Shown piece by piece: positions 38,626 through 49,100 of a stretch of DNA of 64,000 nt. Under the pieces are notes generated by a model. It was not told the origin of the DNA. It ran no database searches and was given only the letters and a program-made list of their open reading frames with translations. Source of the stretch: Candidatus Omnitrophota bacterium (lineage in GTDB: Bacteria > Omnitrophota > Gorgyraeia > Duberdicusellales > 4484-171); the NCBI GenBank assembly GCA_043823745.1, contig JBDRAN010000028.1, forward strand, positions 67,116 through 131,115. The letters are read 5' to 3'. Position numbers and translations under genes: made by a program. Within the stretch, counting starts at the first letter, position 1, and the number at the start of each line of letters is the position of its first letter.

Positions 38626-39899
38626 TGGCCGCCTCGACGCTTCAGGGCGCTTGTTATATTTCGATATACTTCATTGACGCTGATAGACTCAAGGCAGCGT
38701 GCCTGCTTGCATGTAGACTGTCTTTGGTTGTAGGCGCTTAAACACGGGCTGCATTCCTGCGCGTGGTAGAGTATGGTTGTGTTTGGCGAGCGCGGTCCAT
38801 AGAGAAGCGGTGTTTCCGGGCCAAAGAGTATTACGGCGTTGATCGGGGTAAGCGCCGCAAAGTGTCCGGGGCCAGAATCGCTGGTCACCAGGACGTCGGC
38901 GATGCAGTAAAGCGTAAGGAGTTCCCGAAGAGAAGTTTTACCGGCAAGAGAACAGGCGCCCGGTATGGCCGCGGCAATTTCTCCTGTCGAGCGCTGCTCG
39001 TCGTATGTTCCGCTGACGACGATCGTGGCCGAAGGGATATCGCGCATAATTTTTTTTCCAAGTTCGATAAAATTTTCTTTCGGCCACGCGCGCACCCTCA
39101 ACGGGTCCGCAGTATTTGGATTTATAATAATTATCGGGAACGTTACCGGCGCGCGCGTGCGTTGCATGATGATGTTCGTGAGAGAGTCTTTCTCTTGCAG
39201 TCTCGGCGTAAATTGCGGCAGCGCGGCAAGCGATTGGGGGTGAGGACGCGCGCGGGCGTGTTGGTCGGCGCCATGGCTCGCTGTTTCCACTAACCGTACG
39301 AAAAAAAGTTCTGTGTGCAGCGTTGGATCGTAGGCCAACCGATGCGTTAACAGGTCTCCCCGCCATGGTCCGCAGCCCGGCGCGGCATGTAAGCCGACTC
39401 GGGCTCGGGCGCCCGACAGGTACGCGATGATCGCCGAGCCTCGTGAATAAAATTCCATGTCAAGGCATGTATCGATTTTTTCTTTGCGGATACGGCAAAG
39501 AGCGCGCAGAAAAGAAAAAAACATTCGGATAGGCCGGCACGCGTCGATCTCGATGATGTTCTCCGGAAGAATAATTCCGAGCATATCAAGAATGGGGCGG
39601 TTTTGCGTAAATACTAAAAAGTAGACATTACCTGCACCGACGAGTTTCGACGCTCTCTGGAGGGCGGGGATGCTGATGACTGTTGAGCCTTGTTCGCTTA
39701 GCTTAATGAAAATAATTTTTTGCGTTTTGTTCGCGTGCCGAGCGTATTGGGTCGCTTTCGTGAAGAGTATCCGGTGTATTGTTAAGAGAGCACAGAGAGG
39801 CACGCCGATAAATTTATCTATCCTGCGGATAAGGGCTATCTTCATATGATACAGGAAAGGTTGTGTTAGGGCGCTGTATTGATGGCCGCCGCATGTCAC
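38622..39899 (-). CDS. GT9 glycosyltransferase (ADP/NDP-heptose heptosyltransferase family)
   Basis: IADVLVTSDSGPGHFAALTPINAVILFGP C-terminal GT9 signature. Confidence 0.75.
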   Translation of the reverse strand: MTCGGHQYSALTQPFLYHMKIALIRRIDKFIGVPLCALLTIHRILFTKATQYARHANKTQKIIFIKLSEQGSTVISIPALQRASKLVGAGNVYFLVFTQNRPILDMLGIILPENIIEIDACRPIRMFFSFLRALCRIRKEKIDTCLDMEFYSRGSAIIAYLSGARARVGLHAAPGCGPWRGDLLTHRLAYDPTLHTELFFVRLVETASHGADQHARARPHPQSLAALPQFTPRLQEKDSLTNIIMQRTRAPVTFPIIIINPNTADPLRVRAWPKENFIELGKKIMRDIPSATIVVSGTYDEQRSTGEIAAAIPGACSLAGKTSLRELLTLYCIADVLVTSDSGPGHFAALTPINAVILFGPETPLLYGPRSPNTTILYHAQECSPCLSAYNQRQSTCKQARCLESISVNEVYRNITSALKRRGGQ

Positions 39900-40095
39900 A
39901 TTTAGAAATATCGAATCAAGAATGAGAGGGTAGTTTTTCGTTTATGCACCCCGTAAACAAACGGTATTATACCAGAAGGCTTTGTTTTGATAAGAGGTTT
40001 TTGTTTCTTACGAGATGCAAGAGCCTTGTTGATTGTTGTTGAGTATCATTTTGAGCGAAAACGCCTGTTAAATAAAGCACAAAACCAATTTTTTA

Positions 40096-40123
40096 TTGAC
40101 AGCTACCCCATTTATGCTACAAT
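40096..40123 (+). promoter_or_regulatory. Sigma70-like promoter (TTGACA-16 nt-TACAAT)
   Basis: Consensus -35 and -10 hexamers with a 16-nt spacer, in an AT-rich divergent intergenic region upstream of the + strand secretin module. Confidence 0.5.
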
Positions 40124-40338
40124 CGAATTACGGTACATACGATAAGTTCGGTATGTCGATCTATTAGTATAATATATATACTAAAACGCACGCGTTGCAA
40201 CGTACGTTTTATATTTATTTTTTTTCGGACGCGTTATTGTTATACTTCGCCGGTGTTTTAAGTATAACCCGTACGGGATGGAGCCAAAGGCGAGAGCCGG
40301 GGGGCCAGAGGCGAAGGGGTTACCAACGGGATACATCA

Positions 40339-40590
40339 ATGACCGAAAGCAATAAAAGCAGCGAACAAGCTCGTGTCATTTCCGCAAAGGATATTGTTGC
40401 ACAATACAATATCACCTACCAAACGGTCAATCATTACACAGATTTTGGATTATTGCCGGTTGTCACCAAGAAGGGTAACGTGCGTTTTTACGATACTGAC
40501 CTTATTGATAAGCGTTTAACGCAGATAGAGGAGTTCAAGAGGGAAGGTTATTCGTTGCGGCTTATCCGTAAGAAACTTATTGGAATATAA
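40339..40590 (+). CDS. Small MerR/excisionase-like HTH DNA-binding protein
   Basis: ISAKDIVAQYNITYQTVNHYTDFGLLP HTH motif. The ATG at 40339 lies inside the longer listed ORF. Confidence 0.5.
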   Translation: MTESNKSSEQARVISAKDIVAQYNITYQTVNHYTDFGLLPVVTKKGNVRFYDTDLIDKRLTQIEEFKREGYSLRLIRKKLIGI

Positions 40591-40736
40591 TGAAAAAATT
40601 ACCAATAACCAAGATACAAGCACCAAACAGATCGCAACACCCAATAACCAATAAGAAAATTGATTTGTTTGATGATTGGAATTTGGTCATTGAGTATTGT
40701 TTGGTTATTGGAAATTGATTATCGGTTATTTAAACC

Positions 40737-41615
40737 ATGAGTTATTATAAAGTTTTAGGATTTGACAAAGAGCCGTTTTCCACAAGTCCGGACCCTGATT
40801 TTTTTTATCTTTCCAAGGAGCATGAGACAGCGCTTACGAACATCCTGATCGAGCTGCGCTTAAAACGGGGGCTTTCAGTCATTCTGGGTGATGTGGGCAC
40901 CGGGAAAACGACCCTTTCGCGCAAGCTTATCCAGGAGTTAAAATCGCGTGACGATTTTGTGTTCCATATGGTGCTTGACCCCTCGTTTGACGATGAGCAG
41001 CTTTTTCTTACGTCACTTGCGCGTAACTTTGAGATTGCGTCCGTTCAGCAACCCGGCGCGACCGTACTTGATTTGCGTGAGGCGCTGGAACGGTTTCTTT
41101 TCCAGAAGGGAGTAAACGAGCACAAAACAATTACCCTGATCGTTGACGAGGCCCAGAAACTCAGCGACGGGTCGCTTGAGCTCTTACGGGTTCTTCTGAA
41201 CTATGAGACCAACGAGTATAAGCTCCTGCAGCTTATTCTTCTGGGGCAGCTTGAGTTGTATTCGCGCATCATGGGTATCGCTAATTTTTTTGACCGTATC
41301 AGTTTTAAGTATACCTTAAACCCTCTCGATATTAACGAGACACGCGAAATGATCGAGTTTCGCGTCCGCCAGGCGGGTTATAAAGCAAACATGTATATTT
41401 TTCTTGATGATGCGATCAGAGAGATTCATCAGCATACCCGGGGTTATCCGCGCCGCGTGACGATGCTTTGTCACAAAGCGCTTAAGAGCCTGGTGCTTAA
41501 AAATAAATTTGTAATTGACGCGGAAATTATTCGGGAGTTGATTCAAGAGGAGCATAAGCTCGGGTGGTACAATGCAAACGCCGTGCCTCAGAAGGCAGTG
41601 GTAAAAGCAGAATAA
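40737..41615 (+). CDS. ExeA/GspA/MshM-like AAA ATPase
   Basis: ILGDVGTGKTT Walker A and LIVDEAQ Walker B. 292 aa. Confidence 0.7.
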   Translation: MSYYKVLGFDKEPFSTSPDPDFFYLSKEHETALTNILIELRLKRGLSVILGDVGTGKTTLSRKLIQELKSRDDFVFHMVLDPSFDDEQLFLTSLARNFEIASVQQPGATVLDLREALERFLFQKGVNEHKTITLIVDEAQKLSDGSLELLRVLLNYETNEYKLLQLILLGQLELYSRIMGIANFFDRISFKYTLNPLDINETREMIEFRVRQAGYKANMYIFLDDAIREIHQHTRGYPRRVTMLCHKALKSLVLKNKFVIDAEIIRELIQEEHKLGWYNANAVPQKAVVKAE

Positions 41616-41619
41616 TAAT

Positions 41620-43224
41620 ATGAGTATTCAAATCAGATTTTTTCGTCCTCGTTTGGCGCGCACCAAGAGTTTTTTTATTCTCGTTATTCTTGCGATCGTG
41701 TTTACGCTCGCCGTCAGCCTTCTGCGCCGTGAGCCTGAAAAATCAGCGAACACGGTGCGGGACGTAACCGTTCCTTCGGCGTCGTATCCGCTGGCCCGCC
41801 GGCCGACGAGCTCCGCCGCCGCGGGATTTGCCCGCGCACGCGCGCTGCGAACGAAAGGGTCGGTTCAAGAAGCCTCGGCGGCCGAAGCGCCTTCATCCCG
41901 TACCCAGCCTGCCGTTGAGAAAAGCCTGTGGCGCATTAAAGGATACATGAAGAGCGCTGCCGAGGCAAACGCGTTCCTCAAGGAGAAGGCGGCGCTTCTG
42001 GGTAACCTGCTTGAGGCAAAAGCAAAAGAAACAGAGCATCTGACGCAGGAAAACGCGCGCCTTAAGAATGATGTGGAAACGATACAGAAAGAGCAAACCA
42101 GGCTGAAAGGTAAGTTTGCCGCACAACTCAGTAATCTGAACGTGCAACTTGCTCAAAAAGACCTCGTGCTGTCGGGGCTTAATACCGCCAAGCGTAACCT
42201 TGAGGGCGAGCTGAATAGCCTTGGCAACAAAATTACCGGCCTCTCAAGCGCGCATGATGCCGTGCAGTTTCAACTTGCAAATGCATTGGCCGGCAAAACA
42301 AGCCTCGAGGAGTCGGTGCGTAAGCTCACCGATGACCTTGCGCGGCAGAATACCGCCAATGAAGCGTTACATAAAAATGTTGAAGAATTAACGGCTGCCT
42401 TGCGAGACAAAGAAAGTCAGCGCCAGCTCGTCGCGGGCGAGCTGGAACAATTAGGGATATTTAAGAAAAATATCGAAGCGGAGCTCGTCAGTCTTAAGCG
42501 CAACAAGAGTGAGCTTTCTTCTGCGGCGCAGGATTTGGAAGCGCGGCTTGCTGAGGCTGTCACCGCAAAGAGCGGCCTTGAAGGGGAGTTGCGGAGCATT
42601 AAAGAAGAGCTCGCCAAGCAGCTGGCGGTGAATGAGGCTTTAAATCGCAGCGTGAATGAGCTATCGGATCGCGCCAACCAGGCAGAAAGTCGTGGACGCT
42701 CAAGCGCCGACGTCCAGGCTCAGTTTGACGCGTACCGGGCGCAGTCTGAGGCGCGCATCAGGGAACTCACCGATGCGCAGGCAGAGAGTGAAAAGAAAAT
42801 TCAGGAATTTCTCAATCGCATCGAGGAGCTTACCCGGGCATCCGATGCAACCAAAAAATCCACTTCAGAGCTTTCTGAGATTATCGCTCAAAAAGAACTT
42901 TCGATCAACGAGAAGCAGCGTGAGATTGAAAAGCTCACCGGGCTTCTGCAAAAAACGACCGCCGAGCGTAATAATCTTATTCTTACGCTTGAAGAGCGGG
43001 AAAGAAGCATCAATGGTTTACGCGCGGCCCTTAAGAATATGGAAGCCCAGAGCGCTGTCCTGCAACAGGAGCTTGGTTCAGGGCGCAGCTATGAGGCTGA
43101 TGCCGGCCGGCAGCTTGAGCAGGCCAAGGCGTTGAATAATTCTTTGAAGAAAAAGATCAGCAATCTTTACGTGGAGCTGGAATTGCTTCGCGTTGAAAGC
43201 GCGCAGCAGGCCCGATCGCAATAG
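41620..43224 (+). CDS. Membrane-anchored coiled-coil protein
   Basis: N-terminal TM segment (FFILVILAIVFTLAV), then about 400 aa of heptad-rich E/K/L/A sequence. Confidence 0.5.
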   Translation: MSIQIRFFRPRLARTKSFFILVILAIVFTLAVSLLRREPEKSANTVRDVTVPSASYPLARRPTSSAAAGFARARALRTKGSVQEASAAEAPSSRTQPAVEKSLWRIKGYMKSAAEANAFLKEKAALLGNLLEAKAKETEHLTQENARLKNDVETIQKEQTRLKGKFAAQLSNLNVQLAQKDLVLSGLNTAKRNLEGELNSLGNKITGLSSAHDAVQFQLANALAGKTSLEESVRKLTDDLARQNTANEALHKNVEELTAALRDKESQRQLVAGELEQLGIFKKNIEAELVSLKRNKSELSSAAQDLEARLAEAVTAKSGLEGELRSIKEELAKQLAVNEALNRSVNELSDRANQAESRGRSSADVQAQFDAYRAQSEARIRELTDAQAESEKKIQEFLNRIEELTRASDATKKSTSELSEIIAQKELSINEKQREIEKLTGLLQKTTAERNNLILTLEERERSINGLRAALKNMEAQSAVLQQELGSGRSYEADAGRQLEQAKALNNSLKKKISNLYVELELLRVESAQQARSQ

Positions 43225-43461
43225 TTGATGCGGGCCTCTCGATAGGTCTCTCCGTGAGTACGATGCTCCTTGCGGTGATGTGCGTATTCGCACTGCGCCG
43301 GGGTATCGGGTGATGAAAGAGCGGGTTTAACCGTGCGGCGCGCCATGAGTGCCTGTCGTGTCCGCACGCACAGCGTTCTTAAAAGAACCGCTGGCTATTT
43401 TGTGAGGCCTGCTTTTGGGGTTGTGTGAATCGGTGCTTATGGATACACCACGCACTATACG

Positions 43462-44136
43462 ATGATGGCAAAGGACGACAAAGCGCGTACGCCGGAGAAA
43501 AACCTGCTTAACCTCATTGAGACTCCTTCGTCGCGCGCGCCACTTTCAACCGCGACTATTAAACACCATGGGTTCAGCCTTTTTTCACCGGCGGCTCTTA
43601 AGGGTAGGTTTTCTTTTCTGCGCAATAGCCTTAAGAGCGGATTCAAATTACCCGATTTTTCTCAATTTGACGTTAAGCTGCTGAACGGCATTCTTCGGAT
43701 CGTTATTGTTGTTTTGACGGTTTATTTTTTGCTGAGCCTGGCGGGTTCGATGGCCGACCTGCGTAAGGGGTTTACGGTCACCTCGGAAGAAGGGGTAAAA
43801 GGCGTTGAAGAGCCCGCGGCTATTTCGTTTTTGAAAGCAGCGTCATATTATCTCGATAAAGCCCGTCAGCGTGATATCTTTACGATGGGTTTAAGAAAAG
43901 TTTCGGCTCCGGGCGGCAAAGTCAGTGTCAGCAGAATTATCGAGGAGACGAAAGATTTTCGCCTGGTGGGGATATCGTGGTCGGCTGACCCGGACGTGAT
44001 GATTGAGGACATTAAGAATAAGCGCACCTTGTTTCTTAAAAAAGGGCAACTGATCGATAACAAGATCAAGCTTAAAAGCGTTTTTAAGGATAAAGTTCTT
44101 TTAAGCTATGGAGGCGAGGAGATAGAATTACGATGA
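43462..44136 (+). CDS. Secretin-associated inner-membrane protein (GspC/PilP/MshK-like, tentative)
   Basis: Single TM segment (ILRIVIVVLTVYFLL) and a C-terminal beta-rich domain. ATGA overlap with the secretin start. Confidence 0.35.
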   Translation: MMAKDDKARTPEKNLLNLIETPSSRAPLSTATIKHHGFSLFSPAALKGRFSFLRNSLKSGFKLPDFSQFDVKLLNGILRIVIVVLTVYFLLSLAGSMADLRKGFTVTSEEGVKGVEEPAAISFLKAASYYLDKARQRDIFTMGLRKVSAPGGKVSVSRIIEETKDFRLVGISWSADPDVMIEDIKNKRTLFLKKGQLIDNKIKLKSVFKDKVLLSYGGEEIELR

Positions 44137-46115
44137 TGGTCAAGCGGCATACCACTTCATTCGTTGCCCGGCTTTTTGTTGGCGCGCTGTCGTTTTCTTT
44201 GGGGCTTGGCGCGAATGCGCCCCGCGTGGCGGGAAACCAGGCCTTTTCGTACGTTGTGGCCGAATCCGCCGCCGCGCGCGAAGACCTTGTCTCGGCCGCG
44301 CCCCAGGAACGCATATCGCTTAATTTGCGCAACATCGACATAATCGAGGCGCTTAAGTTTTTCTCTCTTCGCTCAGGCTATAATATTATCCCTACCCAGA
44401 AAGTCGCCGGCCGCGTGACGCTTAACGTTGAAAATGTAACGGTAAAAGATGTCTTTGACGTTATGTTGCGTTCCAATAATCTTGCCTACGATAAGCGGGG
44501 CGACATCTATAATGTTATGACGGAGGCGGAGTACAAGCAGCTGTACGGAAAGAATTTTTTTGACAGCCGTCAGGTTAAGGTATTCCGGCTCAAATATGCG
44601 ATACCCGAACAGGCGTTCAGCCTTCTTGATGCGATTAAAAGTGATATCGGCAGGCTCTTGGTGGATTCAGAGTCAGGTTCCGTGGTGATTATCGATACGC
44701 CGGAAAAAATTGCGGAAGCGGAAAGCGCCCTCTCAGCCATGGAGCAGAAGAATATGGTAAAGGTGTTCACGCTTAAATATGCCAAGGCAAAGGAAGTCGA
44801 GGAGCAGCTTAAAGTCCAACTCGATCTTAAAAAGGTCGGCCTTATCAAGGCCGACGAGAGGACGAACCAGGTTATCGTGCAGACGCTGCCTGAGCGCATG
44901 CAGAATATCGAAGAGCTTATTACGAGCCTTGATAAAAAAACCAAGGGCGTGCTTATTGACTGTAAGATTATTAAAATAAAGTTAAGCGACCAGCGTGACC
45001 AAGGCATTCAGTGGGAAGGCCTTTTTAATATTGCCAAAGCCTATGGCATGGCGTATCTGGGCTCCTATCCCTTTAGCGTGATGACTGCCGGAATCACCAA
45101 TCCCGCCTTTACCTCACGAGCCGATTATGCCAACACGGTCAACAGCGCCGGCCAGTACCCTTTTAGCGGCACAACCTCAAGCCTTAATGCAAGCACAAAG
45201 GTTGCGCCGGGTGAGAGGATGCATGTCGGGATCGTCGGCTCCAAGACCGATTTCGACGTTTTGATTAAATACCTGCAGACCTTGGGTAATTCTAAAATAA
45301 TGGCAAGCCCGTCGCTGGCGGTCGTCAATAACCAGGAAGCAAAGATCCATATCGGCGAGCGAAGGGCCTACATTACGACAACGACGACCACCGGGTCCAC
45401 AACGTCGACTGTTTCCGAGGAGGTAACGTTTGTTGACGTGGGAGTGCGCCTGTCGGTGATCCCTACGATCAATGACGACGGGTATATCACGATGAAGGTG
45501 AAGCCGGAAATAAGCAGTATTATCGGCAGCATTACTTCCTCCAGCAATAACGTGGTCCCCATTATCGACACTAATACCGCCGAAACAACCGTTATAGCCA
45601 AGGATGGTTCAACCGTTATCATCGGGGGCATGGGAAGGGAGGAGGTTACGGAAGGCTCCGAGGGGGTTCCGTTTCTCAGCAAAATTCCCATTATCGGTAA
45701 TCTTTTTAAGAATAGTACGAAACGCAAAGAGCGCGTTGAGCTGATTATTATGATTACCCCTATCATTTTTGAAGGGGATAAATTCATTACCACCAAAGAC
45801 GCAGACAAGTTTCCGGTTAAGCCGGTAAAAAAATTCGATGTTTTCAAGCAGGAATCGCCCCTGCCGCAATCGTCCTTAAGCAAGCCGATGACATCACCGG
45901 AAATCTATAAGGGGCTTAAGCGCCCGGAGCTAGGAGCGGCCGGCCCTATACATACCGGCTCAGGCGTTCCGCTTCCGTTTCAAAGGGATGTTTCCGCTAA
46001 AGGTTTTAAGATGTATGAAGGATTTTCTTCGAATCAGGACGTGACTGATGACGCGGTTAAGAAGTTTTCCGGCGGCGATAGCCAGGCAGTGAAAGGTTTT
46101 AAACCGTATAATTGA
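44133..46115 (+). CDS. Secretin (PilQ/MshL/GspD family)
   Basis: N0-like domain LNLRNIDIIEALKFFSLRSGYNII. Secretin core VVNNQEAKIHIGERRAY...VGVRLSVIPTINDDGYITMKVKPEISS...VIIGGM. Confidence 0.85.
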   Translation: MMVKRHTTSFVARLFVGALSFSLGLGANAPRVAGNQAFSYVVAESAAAREDLVSAAPQERISLNLRNIDIIEALKFFSLRSGYNIIPTQKVAGRVTLNVENVTVKDVFDVMLRSNNLAYDKRGDIYNVMTEAEYKQLYGKNFFDSRQVKVFRLKYAIPEQAFSLLDAIKSDIGRLLVDSESGSVVIIDTPEKIAEAESALSAMEQKNMVKVFTLKYAKAKEVEEQLKVQLDLKKVGLIKADERTNQVIVQTLPERMQNIEELITSLDKKTKGVLIDCKIIKIKLSDQRDQGIQWEGLFNIAKAYGMAYLGSYPFSVMTAGITNPAFTSRADYANTVNSAGQYPFSGTTSSLNASTKVAPGERMHVGIVGSKTDFDVLIKYLQTLGNSKIMASPSLAVVNNQEAKIHIGERRAYITTTTTTGSTTSTVSEEVTFVDVGVRLSVIPTINDDGYITMKVKPEISSIIGSITSSSNNVVPIIDTNTAETTVIAKDGSTVIIGGMGREEVTEGSEGVPFLSKIPIIGNLFKNSTKRKERVELIIMITPIIFEGDKFITTKDADKFPVKPVKKFDVFKQESPLPQSSLSKPMTSPEIYKGLKRPELGAAGPIHTGSGVPLPFQRDVSAKGFKMYEGFSSNQDVTDDAVKKFSGGDSQAVKGFKPYN

Positions 46116-46174
46116 TCATTGTATTTTTTTGTCGTCCGGGGAGTGAGGCGCAAGAGCTAAGAGGGAGAAGCGGA

Positions 46175-49100
46175 ATGAAAAAAATAATCGTTATTTTCTT
46201 TGTAGCCATGATGGTGTCGGTGTGCGGATTCGCGCGTAACGGAAACGGTTCGCCGGCGAGCGTTGATGATGAATTAAGCGGCCTCTTGGATGATTTTAAT
46301 AGTCTCAAAGAGGAGCTCGCGGCTGCGAGGGACGATTACCGGAATCTCACGAGTGAATACATGCAAGCCTCTGTGGATGCTCAGGCGCAGCTTGCCGCCG
46401 CCGCCGCAGAGCGCGCCGCGCTTAGTGCACAGCTTGCCCAGGCCCATGCCGCGCGGGAAACATTAAAGCTGCGCTATGAGCAGGCGCAAAGCTCGATTGC
46501 AGAAAAAGAGGGGTTTATCAATGAGACGGAGCGCGCCAGGCAGAAACTTGCGAATCAGCTTAAAGATATTGAAGATAAGTTTTCTCAGACACAAGCCTCC
46601 GGCGATCGCGCGCGCGCCCAATTGCAGCAAACGGCAAGCGACCTTACGAATAAAGAAAAGAATCTTGCGGAGATTGAGAATACCCGCCAGCAATTGAACA
46701 TGAATCTTAAGGAAACAGAAGCGCGGCTCGCGCAAATCGTCTCTGAGAAGGCAGCCATCGTAACCCAGCTTGCCGCCTACAAAGCCAAAGAATCCGGCTG
46801 GCAGCAGCGCGCCGGACAGCTTGCCGGCGTTATTGCCGAAAAAGAAAAAGCGATTATCAATGCAACAGGCGCAGCCAATCAGGTTAGCGTAAAACTTAAA
46901 GACTATGAAGCGAAGCTAGCCGCTCTTGAATCTCAGAAAACAGTACTCGAGAAGCGCGTTCAAGAGTCACAGGCTCGCGAGCAGGCACTCGAGGCGCAAG
47001 CGCAGCAGGCTGGCGCGAACCTTCAGGGTAACGAAAAAACTCTAAACGAATTAACACAGGCTAAGCAGCAGCTTCTTGTCCAGGCACAAGAGCTCCAATC
47101 GCGTCTTGCGGCAACACTCCAGGAAAAAGATAAGGCGCTTGCGGAACTGGCAACAACCAGGGAACAACTTCTCGCTCAGACAAAGGAATTAGAAACTAAA
47201 TCAGCGGCGGTGCAATCAGAAAAAGCCAGTCTCAACAGTCAGCTCGCCGCCTACAAAGCCAAAGAAACCGGTTGGCAGCAGCGCGCGAATCAGTTCGCGG
47301 AGACGATCGCCGAAAAAGAAAAAGCGATCGCGGATCTCGCAGCCGCAGGCAAGCAAGCCAGCGCGAAGCTCAAAGAGTACGACGAAAAGATCGCGGGGCT
47401 TGAATCCCAAAAAGCCGCGCTCGAGGCAGCGGCGAAAGGCCTGCAAACGCAGGGACAGTCGGCGCGCGTGCAGCTTGAGCAGACGGCCGCAGCGCTTCAG
47501 GAGAAAGATAAAGCACTGGTGGAGCTGACGAAAGCAAAGGAACAGTTCCTTGTTCAGATAAAAGAGCTGGAAACGAAGTCGGCAGCCCTGCAATTAGATA
47601 AAACAAACCTCGACGGACAGCTCGCCGCCTACAAAGCCAAAGAATCCGGCTGGCAGCAGCGCAGCCAGCAGCTGGCAATGGAGGCTAAGGATCTTGAGGC
47701 AAAATTTTCGCAGGTGAGTTCTGAAAAATCAGCGCTTCTGCCGCAGCTGGCCGCCTACAAAACCAAGGAAGCCGGCTGGCAGCAGCGCAGCCAGCAGTTA
47801 ACCGAACTGGTCAGCGAGAAAGAAAAAGGTATCGCCCAGCTTACGCAATCAGAAAATAATAACAACAATCTTATCAAAGAATATGAAGCGCGAATAACGA
47901 TTTTGAATCAGCAACGGATGGCTCTTGAAACACAGATAAAAAATATGAAAGCAAAAGTTGATTCGTTTGATGCGCAGCTAGGGCAGATGGTCGCCGCCGG
48001 GCAAGAGAAGGAACGTGAGTTTGCGCAGCTTGAACATACTCGTCAGCAACTGGTGGCGCAGGCTAAAGATCTTGGAAGCAGTCTTGCTCAAACGCTTTCG
48101 GAAAAAACAGCGCTTACCGGTCAGCTCAATGGCTACAAAATCAAGGAGGCGGGGTGGCAAGTGCGCAGCCAGCAGCTTGCAAGCGATATCGCTGATAAGG
48201 AGAAAACGATTGAAGCACTTACACAAACAGGTACTCAGACTGCCGCAACTTTGAGGGATTACGAAACAAAGATAGTTGCCCTTGAGTCACAGCGAGCGGC
48301 TCTTGAGTCTAAGATGCAAGACGCGCAAACGCAGCAAGAGTCGTTGCGGGTGCAGTTTGGAGAGGCAACGAGAGTGCTCCAGGGAAGAGACAAAGCTCTT
48401 ATGGAGCTGGCGAAGGCCAAAGAGCAGCTTCTCGGCCAGATAAAAGAGCTGGAAGCTAAATCAGGAACCCTGCAAATAGACAAAGAAAGCCTTGACGGGC
48501 AGCTGGCCGCCTACAAAACCAAGGAAGCCGGCTGGCAGCAGCGCGCCGGGCAGCTTGCCGGCGTTATTGCCGAAAAAGAAAAAGCGATCATTCAACTCTC
48601 GCAGGAGAAAACCCAAATACTCACTCAACTACGCGAAACCAGGGAGAAGTATGCACAGGAAGTATCGGCGCGCGAAGCGTTACGTAAACAGTTTGATGAA
48701 CTGAGCGAGAAAGAAAAAGCCTTGCGAGCGCAGACTGCGTCCGAAAAAGGGTCTCTCGAAGCGCAACTTAATGCCTACACGACCAAAGAGGCCGGCTGGC
48801 AGGTACGCTCTGGACAATTATCTACCGCTATTACCGATAGAGATAAAAATATCGCGGAACTCAAACAAACAGTGTATCAGAATGCTATTCAGCTTAAGGA
48901 TTATGAAGCACAGAGTGCCGCGCTGCAGCTTGAGAAGGCGGCTCTTGCCACGCAGTTCAAAGAGCTGCAGCTTAGAGAGCAGGCCGCCCAGATGAGCACG
49001 CAACAGGCGGTCGCGAGCCTGCAGGAGAAGGAAAAAACAATCGCCGGCTTGGCTCAAAGTCATCAGATTACCGCCATACAACTTAAAGGCTTTGAGGCAC

